Of a stretch of DNA of 64,000 bases, positions 1 through 13,982 are shown in pieces. The translations under genes and the position numbers were made by a program. Source of the DNA: Octopus vulgaris (taxonomy: Eukaryota); assembly GCA_951406725.2 (NCBI GenBank), contig OX597826.1, positions 43,338,001 through 43,402,000 on the forward strand. The letters are read 5' to 3'. Under the pieces are notes generated by a model. It saw only the letters and a program-made list of their open reading frames with translations, ran no database searches and had not been told where the DNA came from. Numbering within the stretch: the stretch's first letter is position 1; each line of letters opens with the position of its first letter.

Positions 1-381
1 TGGATTGTCAAATCTTCAGAGATGAGTAGCTTTTATTAGTAATATTACTGGATTTCTGATAGAGTTCTCATCACTGATCTTGCAACAACAACAACACACA
101 CACACATACACACGAAGAGTTTCCTTTAAGTTACAAATAGCCTTAACTTTGTACCAATAATTCGTTTATATCAAGTGTAGTATGAGTTCAAATGCTTGTA
201 AATCAATAATTTACAGAAGATATTTAAAACTTAATGTGAAAATAAAAAAATAATTCACGACATTGGAATGTGTCTGACGTCTTGTTGCAGATTTTCTTGA
301 ATGGCTCCAAATCTTTCATCGTGGGTCCTAATGTACACTGATAAGCCCATAAAGGGGTCTGTTCACTTGTCACAGTTCAAA

Positions 382-620
382 GGCGCGTGGCCTAACTTTT
401 AGCGTATTGTATTCACGATCGTAAAATCGGGGTTTCGACTTCTGGACCGGGTGATGAGTTGGGTGCTCGAGTAAAACACGTCATTTCACGTTTCCACAGT
501 CCACTCGACTGTAAATGAGTAAACCTGCGATGGATGGGTATCCAGTTCAGAGGGAATATATTAATTTCCGTCAATTATACAACATGGAAACCAGGACTCG
601 TGGCAGTCATATCTAGGGGA
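382..620 (+). mobile_element. Old, diverged tRNA-derived SINE (related to family C)
   Basis: A-box-like GGCGCGTGGCCTAA and B-box-like GGTTTCGACTTC. The 3' part CCTGCGATGGATGG..TCCAG..GAAACCAGG resembles the family C tail. Similar heads at ~15245, ~29410 and ~42105(-). Confidence 0.55.
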
Positions 621-867
621 CAGATGATGAGGATGATGATGATGATGATGTAATAATTCGATACATGGTTTTCAAGTAATTTTCTGATTTTCATTTCGGT
701 TTTAAGTCTCAAAGCTCTCCCCATTTCTCTAGATTTTGGTACAGGTAATATCTATATTGTTATGAAGATGAAAGGAAACATGAAAAATTCACATCCTAAA
801 TGAAAAGACAGCAAGTCGAATAAAGATGATGCAATGCCAAAAGGCATCTGAACATATACTTGTTTAT

Positions 868-1128
868 AGGTGTAGACAAGGCTAGGTCGAGAAGCTAGAT
901 TTGCGACCATGTGGTTTCGGGTTCAATCGCACTGCGCAGCACTTGGAGCAAGTGTTTTCGACTATAATCCCAAGCTGATCAAAGTCTTGTGAGATGATAT
1001 GGTTGATGAAAATTGTGCTGAACCCCGTCGAATGTATGTATGTATGTAGTTATGTTACTCTTTTACTTGTTTCAGTGATGTGACTGTGGTCATGCTGGAC
1101 CATCGCATTTTAGTCGAGCAAATCGACC
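868..1128. mobile_element. Two SINE family B fragments: degraded 5' half (+, 868-1030) and 3' tail (-, 1055-1128)
   Basis: Match to the full copy at 40587-41060 (CCATGTGGTTTCGGGTTCAA...; TACTCTTTTACTTGTTTCAGT). Confidence 0.7.
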
Positions 1129-1362
1129 GGACGTTGTGTGTTTATTGATCGAAAACACCTAAAAAGCTCCACGAGTCTCTGGCAGGGGGTGGTGGCCCTC
1201 CCTGTTGTACTCTTTTGCTCTAACTTTCTCTCACTCTTTCTTCCTGTTTCTTTAGTAACGCTGCGATGGACTGGCGTCCCGTCCAGCTGCGGGGGAACAC
1301 ATACGCCACAGAAACCGGGAAACCGGGCCCATAAACCTAGCTAGGTTTGAAAAGGGCGCATA
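1125..1362 (+). mobile_element. SINE family C, 5'-truncated
   Basis: Near-identical to 15430-15665 and 48060-48295. Confidence 0.85.
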
Positions 1363-1559
1363 GAAAATAGACAAGCAACCATACAACACGTTTGTTCATC
1401 ATCTCTAATATGCTGTGTGCTCCCCTTACCCGTGCCCTGTGACTACATAGCTGTTGACTCCACGACGGGTTCATGGTGAGATTTATTATTAATGTATTAA
1501 ACATATTATATATAATATTTATTATTAATGTCTTAAACATATTGTATATGATATCCGTT

Positions 1560-1621
<62 letters not shown>

Positions 1622-1737
1622 TAATCAAGCTGTGCTGACGCTTTAATTACAATGTGAGAATGTATACGCGTGAGTTGTGTATGTGTATGTTATGTGTTTG
1701 TTTGCTTGTTTGTGTGTGTGTGTGTGTGTGAGTGTGC

Positions 1738-1780
<43 letters not shown>

Positions 1781-1997
1781 CTTACTCTTGGCCATATATT
1801 TAATAAAAGAGAAGCTACATTAGACATAACTGGATCTTGCTGAACATGCCAAAGTAAATGAGACGTGATCTATGTATTGTGTGTGTGCATGTGTTTATAT
1901 GTACGTACAAATATGAATATACCTATATATACATACATTTATACATATATACATACGCACACAAACACACAAATTATAATATATTATGTATTATATC

Positions 1998-2029
<32 letters not shown>

Positions 2030-2122
2030 TCGGCAGTTACATTTATTACATATATCAACACACCGCCATGTCACGTACTTCTCCCTCCTTCTCCACTACA
2101 TTACACCCTTATAGTCAACCTA

Positions 2123-2190
<68 letters not shown>

Positions 2191-2197
2191 CACCACC

Positions 2198-2284
<87 letters not shown>
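2123..2284. repeat. (ACT)n/(ACC)n compound microsatellite
   Basis: Read directly; explains the poly-T/Y/V ORFs. Confidence 0.95.
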
Positions 2285-2726
2285 GTTCTTGTCTTTCTTT
2301 TTCTGTCCATTTTCTCTTATGCAATTCTGTTTATGAGGCTATTTGTAAAAAGAGAGAAGGAATTAAGGAGAGACAGAGACTGAGATAGAAAGAGAGAATG
2401 AGAGTGAATGAGAGGGAGAGAGAGAGAGAGAGTGTGTGTGTGAGAGAAAGAGAGAGAGAGAGAAAGAGAGATCGGAAGAGAGGGAAAGATGGAGAGCGGA
2501 AGAAAGAGACGATAACGAATGAAAAATAAACAATTTTCAGATATACTTCGTTTGGTAAATTCAAAGCTTTTTTTTTGCATCTATGATTAAACGAGTTTAA
2601 TTTCATTTTAAATATTTATCGAAAATTAACAGAAGAAATATACAACTTCAGATAAAAATCTCCTTTATAGATTACAGACGATAGAGAGCGAGAGAGACGA
2701 AAAGAGAAAGGGAGAGAGAGTGACAA

Positions 2727-2758
<32 letters not shown>

Positions 2759-4020
2759 GAGGAGGAGGAGGAGTAGGGAGCTTTCAAAACTTGGAATTTC
2801 CCCATACAATAGATTCAACGAAGCTGATCAGCAGATTTGCAACAATCAGAAACTGTATCGAAATTCAATAAAGAGATAACTCGAGGATTTTCCTCTATGT
2901 AGAAATTATAATGAAAACATCTATTCTGTTGCATAGTTTCATAAAAATCAATCGCTGGAACCTTCTTCTCTTGCAGTATCTTTTGTTTTGCTTAATTTCC
3001 TCTAACGAGTAGTTAATTACCGTGTTTATCAATTGTGTTCTCATTTACTCTCCTTATTACAGACTTCATTCTAGTTCATTAAAAACGATAACATCGTTAG
3101 TTAGTTTATTTATTTATCTATTTATCTATTTATTTATTTATTCATTTATTTATTCATTCTCGGCTGTAAGATACAAAAATATAACAAAATTGCTAGATTC
3201 GAATCTATTAATAAGGCTTAATAAATTATTCCATATTAATTTGCCGTTTTAACAATGTCCGTAGCAACAACTAGGATCAATTCCGTTGTTAAAAATCACA
3301 CAGTTGAATTCGTTTCATAGAAATTTTCGCCTTTTATTTTTAATTACTTAACTACAATCATGTTATTTTACAATTCAACAAGAGGTCACGATACTTTGAT
3401 ATAACGACCCTTAGTTGCAAACATGTATTAATTCCCAAATCGTTGTTGTCCAGTTTTTCTGTCTTAAAACGTGCACTTGCTCAACTTCGGTTTTTTGTTC
3501 CCCAAATAATTTCACGTTTTAGTTAAATACTTTCGTAATTTAGAAATTATCTAGAAATAATTTTAATTGCATTGGGAATTAATGAATCTATTTGTTGCAT
3601 TGTAATTTATGTACAGGGCTGTCGATAAGTTCTGGCCAACGTAGATGATTGTTTTGGGTGTCGCTAAAGGAGGCGTACGCAAAACACTGGAGAACTGAAA
3701 CAAAATTTCTTAATCCAATAAAGACAAGAACGCTTCTCAATAACGAGAATAGCTGAGGTCACTCTCAGAACAAAGAAGAATAAAGGACAAGGGTGAGGTA
3801 GGCAAGAGGACTGTGTAGTGTTGTGAATAGTTACATGATTTGGCGTAAAACTTCATATTGTGTCCGTTAACAGATTTACTCGGTGCTACATATTTTATTC
3901 TGTCTTTTCGTTAGGAGGGAAGAGAGCGTTCGTGATCCGTGACAGGACTTCTGAGATTTGTGGGAAGGAAGAAAGGGAGTAAGTACCATCAAATCGGGAA
4001 CATGTTCCGAGTGCTGATAT

Positions 4021-4253
4021 TTATTTCTTTACTACCCACAAGGGGCTAAACACAGAGGAGACAAACAAGGACAGACAAACGGATTAAGTCGATTACATCG
4101 ACCCCAGTGCGTAACTGGTACTTAATTTATCGACCCCGAAAGGATGAAAGGCAAAGTCGACCTCGGCGGAATTTGAACTCAGAACGTAACGGCGGACAAA
4201 ATACAGCTACACATTTCGCCCGGCGTGCTAAAGTTTCTGCCAGCTTGCCGCCT
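4021..4253 (-). mobile_element. SINE family A, full length, with 16-bp TSD
   Basis: Head GGCGGC(A/G)AGCTGGCAGAA and B-box-like GAGTTCAAATTCC. TSD TTCCGAGTGCT(G/A)ATAT at 4005-4020 and 4254-4269. Confidence 0.9.
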
Positions 4254-4349
4254 TTCCGAGTGCTAATATCAGAATGAACTCTGCTAAAGGCATCTAAAGT
4301 ACCAGATGTTTAGTTGATTGTTAAACGGAGCGACGGGTTAAGTTTACAA

Positions 4350-4779
4350 CCACACACAATCGTAAAACTATAATGAGTGAAAGAGTAAAATCGCGAATAC
4401 AAGCGGCCGAAATGAGGTTCCTCTGAAAGATCTCTGGGGTAACGTTACTCGACAGGGTGCGTAGCTTGGACATCAGAGAGCCTCTCCAAGTCGAGCCGTT
4501 ACTTTGCTGCATTTAGGGGTCTCATCTCTGGTATTACAGACATGTGATTAGAATATTGCAGGAAAGAATCCGAAGACGGATTCTTCAAGCCGAGCCAACC
4601 GGCATCAGATCTACCAGTAGACCAAAACCAAGATGTTTGGATAATAACCATGATCTCAGTCTCTTACGCTTGGGAATCCATCTGGAAAGAGTAATAATGT
4701 CTGTTTCTGATTAGACTCTAAGGAAAAGGTACCCGAAAATTCTACCCCCGCGACTCTTCCAGGAATAGATGGATGGATG
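4350..4779 (+). mobile_element. RTE-clade LINE (Rex3/Expander-like) 3' fragment, pseudogenised
   Basis: From 4373 it translates as MSERVKSRIQAAEMRFL*KISGVTLLDRVRSLDIREPLQVEPLL..I*GSHLWYYRHVIRILQERIRRRILQAEPTGIRSTSRPKPR, the typical post-RT C-terminus of Rex3/Expander. It ends in a (GATG)3 tail at 4768-4779 and has two in-frame stops. Confidence 0.85.
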
Positions 4780-5381
4780 AAAGAATCGATATACTTTTGG
4801 AGGTGCATTTTTCAGATGGTGTATAAAAGGGTAATAACCTGAAGTTGTAGGGAAAAATTTGAGTAAGAGCGTGCAATTGTAGCGCTAGAATAAGGGGGCA
4901 CGTATTGTAAGTTTGGCTTCAAAGTTGAATACTCTAATATTCTAGCACTTACACTGTTTTAATCCTTATGTAAGGTCAACATTTCTTTTTCAAGCTTACA
5001 GCATCAACTGACATTTTCTGATTGCATTTATAACACAGCAAGGAAGGAAAATTGGATGTTGTATGCCTGTTGAATCGCTACACATATAGTGTTATCTTGC
5101 TTATAACCTGAGTGGCGTATCCTTTGGGTTTCTTAGAAACTCTTTTTTAAATTTCCAGATTAGGCACTTCTTCACACATTTACAAAACGAGGGAACGAGG
5201 TATTCTAAAATAAATGTGTCCCTTGAAAGCATCGGAAAACGTAGTTGAATTGAAATTGTGTTAAGCAGGAATGGAAAACACAATCTGCGATCGCCGGAAG
5301 CTTACTGTTTCTTTTACGGCACTAACTATATTTACACGTAACATTTATTATACGATAGAAATTTCGATGGAACCGTGAAAA

Positions 5382-5427
<46 letters not shown>

Positions 5428-5644
5428 AAGGAAGAGAGAGAATAGGAAATATAAAGAAGAAATTATAAAAAGAGAGCTTATGATTGTTCAGTTTTGAGAA
5501 AAGAGGAAAAAGAAACATGAGGCAGATAGATAGACAGATAGATAAAGATTGATAGATATAGAGATACATACAAATAGATAGATAGAAAGAAAGATTGGTA
5601 GATAGATAGACAAACAGACATATATATACATATATACATATACA

Positions 5645-5848
<204 letters not shown>

Positions 5849-6465
5849 TATATATATGAAGGGAGAGAGAAAGATGGGGTGATAATAGATAGATAGGGAG
5901 AGAGACAGAGGGACAGAGAGAGAGGCAGAGGGAGAGAGGTTGTGCGTGAGAGAGAAAGTCATGACATTTCAATGAAACAAGAAATAAGTTATAGATTGGT
6001 TGTCTTCTAAACACATACAAATTTAATATCAAAAGATAACAATATTAACGGTTATGACGAATAACTGCAAAATTAATAAACTTACTTTTGTAGTTCTGAT
6101 GTAATTCATGGCGTCCGTTTGAACAGCTCTTTAGTTTTGGAAATAAAAAAAAAAGAAAAGAAGAAAAGCAACGTAGACGATCAATTAAGAAAAAGGAAAA
6201 CAACAACAACAAGAACTGCAACGACAACAAGTAAAATAAATACATAAAAATAAGAGAGAAATTAAAAATAATAAAATGAAAACGTGGTCTTGATAGATGT
6301 GCTCGAGTAGACTATACTTATTTAATAGCAGAAAAACGGTAGTGAAACCATCACAGAAAGCCGAGGTGTCGAATTATGGCTTGCCAAATTGCATATGTAT
6401 ATATATATATATAAATACGTACATATGTATATACGTATATGTGTGTATATGTATATATATATGTA

Positions 6466-6525
<60 letters not shown>

Positions 6526-6531
6526 TATATG

Positions 6532-6632
<101 letters not shown>

Positions 6633-6739
6633 GCATATTCATGCATACATACATAAATACATACACATATTCGTACATACATACATACCTGCAAACGTAT
6701 AAATATAGTCTTAGAATGCATACATGTATGTGTGAATGC

Positions 6740-6770
<31 letters not shown>

Positions 6771-6847
6771 CATGTATATATGTGTATGCTTGCTTGCGTG
6801 AGTGAATCTATGTTTTGAACGATGTATGATTATATGCTTACACAAAT

Positions 6848-6899
<52 letters not shown>

Positions 6900-7048
6900 A
6901 TACACACATACACGCACATACCCACCCACCCACGTATGTGCGAATGAATTTCTTATTCAATTCTTTGAATTCTTCGCTTAAAGAGGCGTTTTTGTAACAA
7001 AGTCAAAGGAATTTCCATAACAACAACAGCCATAAACATATATATCTT

Positions 7049-7122
<74 letters not shown>

Positions 7123-7891
7123 CATATGTGTGCTTTTGTGTGTGTATGTATAATTATATAATGTAATATTTATAAGGATTTATTTAAACAACCATTGTTG
7201 TATATATCTTTCTATAATGGACATACGTTCCGCATGCAAATTGAATTTGTAATGTGTTTATAAGCTGCCTATTTTCTTGGCTTAAACCCTGCAAGTTTCC
7301 AAGATTTCTACTTAGATACTTTGTAAGGTAACAATGTGCACCTATGATTAAGGCTGGGTGACGGGGTACAAGGGTAAATTCATAATCTGGGTTTTGAGAC
7401 TGCTCTCCATATTTATACAATTTCTCTCTTAAAGTGGCGTGGAGGTACAATCTTTCGAGCGTCGGGGAAAATACCTTCTTCTATTCATTGTTGCTCTTTA
7501 GATACTGAGGTCAAATGTCACCGAGGTGACCTTTGCTTTTCATGCACCCTGAGTCAATAGAATAATGTATTGGTTTAGTACTATGGTTATGGTATCTACT
7601 AACCCTCACCAAACAAAATATCTGGGCTTGTTGCTAAATCAGTAGTGATTATAAGTATCTGATTTCATATCGATTTTCAAAAAAATATTTACATCCCATT
7701 CACCAGGAAGCTGGAAGCTTATAATAGTACTTATATTTTGTGTCCCATTAATTATATTACGCTTGTTATGTAACCTTTTGATAAAGCATTTCCTGGTAAT
7801 GTTCTGTCAATATACCTTGTGTTGTAATGTATGTTTGTACTTCAGAAATATTTTATTTATAATTGCCCTATGACAGTCTTCTACACACACG

Positions 7892-7997
<106 letters not shown>

Positions 7998-8429
7998 CAC
8001 ATTTAGAAATACATACGCGCACACAGACACACACACACATCTTATGATTTGATAAGCGGTGCTGTATTTTATAAGTCTGTAAATAATAATGATAATATTT
8101 TATTTTATAAGCTTAAAGTTTATAAGCGATCACTGTTTAATATTCTCTTCTATTCTAGGCACAAGGCCCGAAATTTTCGGTACCGAAAACTTCTTCACCT
8201 CTTCCCATCTTGGAGACCTGAAAAATATCATGGTTGCTCATTCTCCACTCAGCTTATGCCATAACAAACATAACTCTCACTGGCTGCCTCAAGCGAAATT
8301 AAGTATTCTCCCACTTTTTTTCCTGCTAGTAAGTTTGTTAATATCTCTCTTTCCATGGAACTTCACTGTCGATGATAATATTTATGGAGCGAAGTTCTTC
8401 TACAGACCAGTCCAATATCTCAAATATTA

Positions 8430-8811
8430 GGTTTCAAATTTTGGCACAAGGCCAACAGGTTTGGAAGAGGGGTTAAATCGATTAAATCGACCCAGTGTTC
8501 AACTGGTTCTATCGATCTCAAAAGGCAAAGTCGATCCCAGTGGAATTTGAACTCAGAACGTAATGTCAGACGAAATACCTATTTCTTTACTACCCACAAG
8601 GGGCTAAACACAGAGAGGACAAGCCAGGACAGATAAACTGATTAAGTCGATTACATCGACCCCAGTGCATAACCGGTACTTAATTTATCAACTCCGAAAG
8701 GATGAAAGGCAAAGTCGACCTCGGCGGAATTTGAACTCAGAACGTAGCGGCAGACGAAATACCGCTAGGCATTTCGCCCTGCGTGCTAATGATTCTGGCA
8801 GCTCGCCGCCT
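8430..8811 (-). mobile_element. SINE family A: young copy (8580-8811) abutting an older partial copy (8430-8579)
   Basis: Two successive GGAATTTGAACTCAGAACGTA blocks; the junction falls at GAAATACC. Confidence 0.85.
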
Positions 8812-9599
8812 TGCCTATATCTAAAATATTGGGCGCCGGTATTAGTTCCATTAATGCATAGTCAGAACTTTTCCTTTTTCAAGGGAAAATTCTGACTGTT
8901 CTAGTTTTAAAATTCTGATGTAATTCCTTTTGGTCACCCTGTCTTTGTACACAGAATCTTAACGCGTTACATTTCCGTCATTACCTAACTATCTGTGATG
9001 CTCATGGGAATTTAAAAAAGAAGAAAAAAACGGATCTAAATCATTTGAGTTTATAAAGCTATTTTGCTGCAGTCAGTTATCGCCTAAAATTTAAATTTTT
9101 GTGGGACCAAAATTCATCGCAATATAAGCTTTAACAATATTGTTATTAAGTATAGTCACTCTTCAGCATTGTAAATATTTTCAGCATAGATTTTTAGATC
9201 AGAGCCAAATAAATTATTGATTTTATTAGCACCGCTAGCTGTTTTCTAGCACATAACCACTGGACTTTTGTAAAAGAAATGACAGTGGATTTAATGCCAA
9301 AATAAACTCAATCACAGACAAATTGTCTCCTTGGAATATTTCTTTTGAAAATTTTATAACATCACAGACAATCGTGATTTGCTTTCAGTTAGAAGCTTGA
9401 GGAATATTAACCAAGTATTTATGAACCTTTCAATGGCAGCGACAAGGAGAGCAGGCACTTTTGTCAAAGTCTGGAATTCCAGCAATGGCGAGTGGGAAAT
9501 ACCATCAACACTTTTCTGTAGTCAAACCTTAGTGTCACATTACAAGATTTCTGTACTGTTACCTTTAACTTGAGACACCACTCTTATATTTACTGAAAA

Positions 9600-9985
9600 T
9601 TTGGTACGTTCCTCCATCTTTCTTTCATTCTACTAAATAAACAACCTCTATTTTGTAGACTCATCAGTTCGTATCCTATCTTGTTGGACACACCATTCTC
9701 TATCATGTTGGACTCACCAGTCTCAATCTTGTTGGACTCATGATCTAGTATCTTGTTGAACTCATAAGCTAATATCTTGTTGGACTCGTGAGTCTCTTTC
9801 TTCTGGAACATATCAGTTTCTATCATGCTTGACTCATGAACATATATCCTGTTGGGCCCACGACACTCTATCCTGCTGGACTCATCAGTTTCTTGTTAAC
9901 CTTAGGACTCTCTATCTTGTTGAACACAACAATCTCAATCACATATGACTCTCGAGTCTCAATATTGTTTAATTTATCAGTGTCT
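9600..9985. repeat. Degenerate 24-bp minisatellite (consensus ~TATCTTGTTGGACTCATGAGTCTC) with unique 60-bp flank, copy 1
   Basis: TTGGACTCA recurs every 24 bp; aligns with 12072-12565. Confidence 0.85.
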
Positions 9986-10843
9986 ATTCTGTTAGTGTCG
10001 CGATGAGCCTTGGAAAAATTGATTGCGACAACTCATGAACAGCTTATACACTATATCTAGAGGTAAGCAATGAGTCAATAATTTTCTGTCAAGAATTTTC
10101 ATAATTTCGTTACAAGATTTGTCTGTGTTGTGTTATATACACGAAATTTCAGTGATGATAGTAACGATTTCATACACTTTTGGTTACGTTAGTACGTTTT
10201 ACCATAATACTTCTACAAACGTCAATAACTTTCTTAGAACCTAAACGTAATGTAATAAGCATTAAACTATTATCTCGCTTCTCGGCAGGTTCCCATTACG
10301 CAGCTCCCCCCATAGCTTAAGTAAATATTTTCAGATTTTATGATATAAGTATTACTGTCAGTGTGGTTACATTGTTCCTTCGTGATTGTTATTAAAGCAA
10401 TAATGTATTTCTGGGTGGAGGCCTTTCTTTTTTTTTGTTTTTGTTTTTCTCTCTAGATCTGAAACTAGTATGATTTAAAATCTTCCTAAGGACGGGCTCG
10501 TTTTAAGGAGAGATTATTTTTCACCATTACCGTCATTCATCTTCCACTCGTTGTTATCTTTATCAGATACAATCATTGCTTGTTCTCATTAAGAGAGTAA
10601 TTTCAATTAAATCTATTTTCTCAGCTCCATACGTTAAGTATGTAAACTACGTCTTCACGATTCGATGTATAACACGCAACTACATCTGTAATACCGCAAA
10701 ACTTATGTTACATAAAAATGTTATCCTATCATTAAGATAAGGATTGGAAAACCTAACTCGAAATACTGATGCACAGATGAGAAGAGAAAGTTAGCTCTAT
10801 AACAAATATTATTTCAATAATTTTGGCAAATAGGGGAGACAAT

Positions 10844-10882
10844 TTCGAGCATGTTTCAGTACTACTGGACTTCATCAGCGAA
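10844..10882 (-). ncRNA. Minimal type-I hammerhead-like motif (U16.1>C, probably inactive)
   Basis: Minus strand: TTCG-CTGATGA-AGTCC AGTA GTACT-GAAA-CATGCT-CGAA. Confidence 0.55.
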
Positions 10883-11394
10883 GCATCGATTTCACTGCAG
10901 TTACAGAAATAGTCATTAGAGAAATAAGAACTGTCATGTAGATGATTATACGCGAACACAGATTAGTATGAAAGAAAAAACAGTAAAATAAATAAAAATG
11001 GTAAATCACTAATCTTAATGAGTCAAGGACGCTATCCGAACGAATAACAATAGTTAAGTTAGTATCAATAAATTCGCTGTAGTGTGTATTAAGCATTTAG
11101 AAAGATATAACTTGTTTGCTGACAAAAATCTAGCATTAGCTCTATAACGTGACAAGACAAAATATAACTATTGTTCGATTAATAAATTATTGGTGCGTTA
11201 ACATTGTATTAATATTTCGATACTATATAGTACTATTCAATACATTCATTTATTCATACATACATACATAAATACATACATACATACATACACGCGTGTA
11301 TATATATATATATATATACAATAGTCTATATTGTATTGATATAATAATACACTATTAACGCACCAATAATGTATACATACATACACACACACAC

Positions 11395-11441
<47 letters not shown>

Positions 11442-11596
11442 CATATTTATATATATATATATACATATATATATATCATATATATATATCATATATATAT
11501 ATCTATATATGTATATGCATATATATATACATGTGAGTGCGTGTATATATATATATACACACATATATTTGTCATATATATATATTCATATATTAG

Positions 11597-11644
<48 letters not shown>

Positions 11645-11681
11645 CACATATATGTGTCATATATATATATTCATATATTAG

Positions 11682-11773
<92 letters not shown>

Positions 11774-12071
11774 GTGTGTGTGTATATATCTACAGAAATA
11801 CACTGAACACACACACAAGTCCGCATATACTATTGTATCAAATATTAGTTAACAACGCTTCCCGTCACGAAAGTAAATTCGATACAAATAAAGAAACGAG
11901 TGAACGAAAGAGTAGATTATAACAAAGAAGAGAATAAACACATTTATGAATGAATAGTTAAATATATGATTGAGAGGAATGATTGAATGAATGTTTGAAT
12001 GAACGATTAGCAATATAAATAAATAAACGAAATCGTCGAGGATAAAGAGAAACCTTTCCTTTACACGTATG

Positions 12072-12565
12072 TTTGGTACGTTCCTCCATCTTTCTTTCAT
12101 TCTACTAAATAAACAACCTCTATTTTGTCGACTCATCAGTTCGTATCCTATCTTGTTGGACACACCATTCTCTATCATGTTGGACTCATCAGTCTCAACC
12201 TTGTTGGACTCATGATTTAATAGCTTGTTGGACTCATAAGCTAATATCTTGTTGGACTCGTGACTCTCATTCTTCTTGAATGCATCAGTTTCTATCATGC
12301 TAGACTCATGAGCATATATCCTGTTGGGCTCACGAATCTCTATCATGCTGGATTCATCAGTATCTTGCTGGACTTATGAATCTCTATGATGTTGGACTCA
12401 TGAGTTCTTTTGTTCTCGGGCACATCAGTCTCGATCTTGTACTCACCAATATCTTATTGGAATTGTGAACCTCTATTATGTTGGACTCATAAACTAATAT
12501 CTTGTTGGCCTCATGAGTCAATTTCTTCTTGAACACATCAGTTTCCATCATGCTAGACTCATGAT
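12072..12565. repeat. Degenerate 24-bp minisatellite with unique flank, copy 2
   Basis: Direct duplicate of the block starting at 9600, offset 2472 bp. Confidence 0.85.
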
Positions 12566-12789
12566 GTAAAGCCGTTGGTGTCACCTATGTGATTAATTGA
12601 TCTGCTAAAAATAACGACTAGATTTAAATGGAAATGATATCCTATATTGGTTGTTAGGTAAGGAAAGAATATGTTGAATAACAGATAAGTGTCATTGATA
12701 TGTTTAAGGAAACGGAGGCAGTCTCATGTAGAATCATAGGTCTAACGGATCAAAATGGACGTGCGGCGATGTTTGCATCGCCGCCATTA

Positions 12790-13560
12790 TTGTCATCATC
12801 GTCGTCGTTATCAATCATTATTACTCTCGCCGTCGTCGTCATCGTCCTCCTCCTCCTCCTCATCATCATCATAGTCGTCGTCGTCGTCATCGTCATCATC
12901 ATCATCATCATCATCATCCGCAGCAGCAGCAGCAGTTGCAGCCGTCCAAGAACCTGGAGGTTTTCCATTTCCAGCGACTTCGAGGGCCACTTCCCAGTGA
13001 TGTCGGGCGTCAACGAAGAGCCCTCGACTACAACAAGACGACCAAAGTTGTTTTTTTCCGCAAGGTCTGGGGTCTCTCGCTCCTAAGTCCTAGACAATCA
13101 CCTAATCACCATTACCCGTCTTGTTACTTAACAACAACAGCAGCAGCAGCAGTAGCAGCAGCAGCAGCATCACCATCATAGGTCTAATGGACCAAAATAT
13201 ACTTGCGACGATGTTTACATCATTGTCATCATCGTCGATGTCATCATCATCATCATTACCCTCGTTGTCATCGTTATCGTCATCGTCATTGTCATCATCG
13301 TCGTTGTCATCATCATCATCATTACCCTCGTTGTCATCGTTATCGTCATCGTCATTATCATCATCGTCGTCGTCGTCGTCGTCGTCGTCGGCATCGTCAT
13401 CATCATCGTCGTCGTCATCATCATCATCCTCATCACCGTCATCCACCCCTTCCTCCTTCCTCCCTCCTCATCATCAGTTACCCACCATCATCACCACCAC
13501 ACCACCACCATTACCACCACCACCACCACTACCACCACCACCACCACCACTACCACCACC
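12790..13560. repeat. Compound trinucleotide tracts (TCA/TCG/CAG/CCA) with an internal 66-bp duplication
   Basis: Read directly; ATTACCCTCGTTGTCATCG occurs at 13255 and 13321. Confidence 0.9.
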
Positions 13561-13780
13561 AAAAATGCAATCATAGGAGAAAACTGTTTAGTAACAGTCC
13601 TTAAGCGTTTTGCAAATTGTCATGAGTGTGGTTGAAGATTCTTACAGCGAAGTTTTTGATAGCAAAAACTGAATATAAAAAGAAAAGTTCTTCGTCCTTC
13701 GTAAGTCATTGAGTTTTTTTACTGTCTAAAACATGCTGAATTTACTCTCAAAACCCTTCATCGTAGCAAACATCACATCA

Positions 13781-13982
13781 CTGGATTTATTGAAATCTTT
13801 CGATCTAATATTAAGTTCATTCAGGCTCGATAAAAAACCTTCGAATAACCTAAGTTTATAGCGCCTGACAAAATCCTTCACTAGATTTATTGAAACCTTT
13901 CGATCTCATATTAAGTTCATTCAGGCCCGATAAAAAAAACCTTCGAATAACCTAAGTTTATAGCGCTTGACAAAATCATTCA
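13781..13982. repeat. Tandem duplication, 2 x ~100 bp
   Basis: CT(G/A)GATTTATTGAAA...GACAAAATC(C/A)TTCA at 13781 and 13881. Confidence 0.9.

Noticed and set aside
12130-12200. CTGATGAGTCC...GGATACGAAC on the minus strand as a hammerhead
   Set aside because: Arises from the 24-bp repeat unit; no GAAA, stem III or stem I in register.
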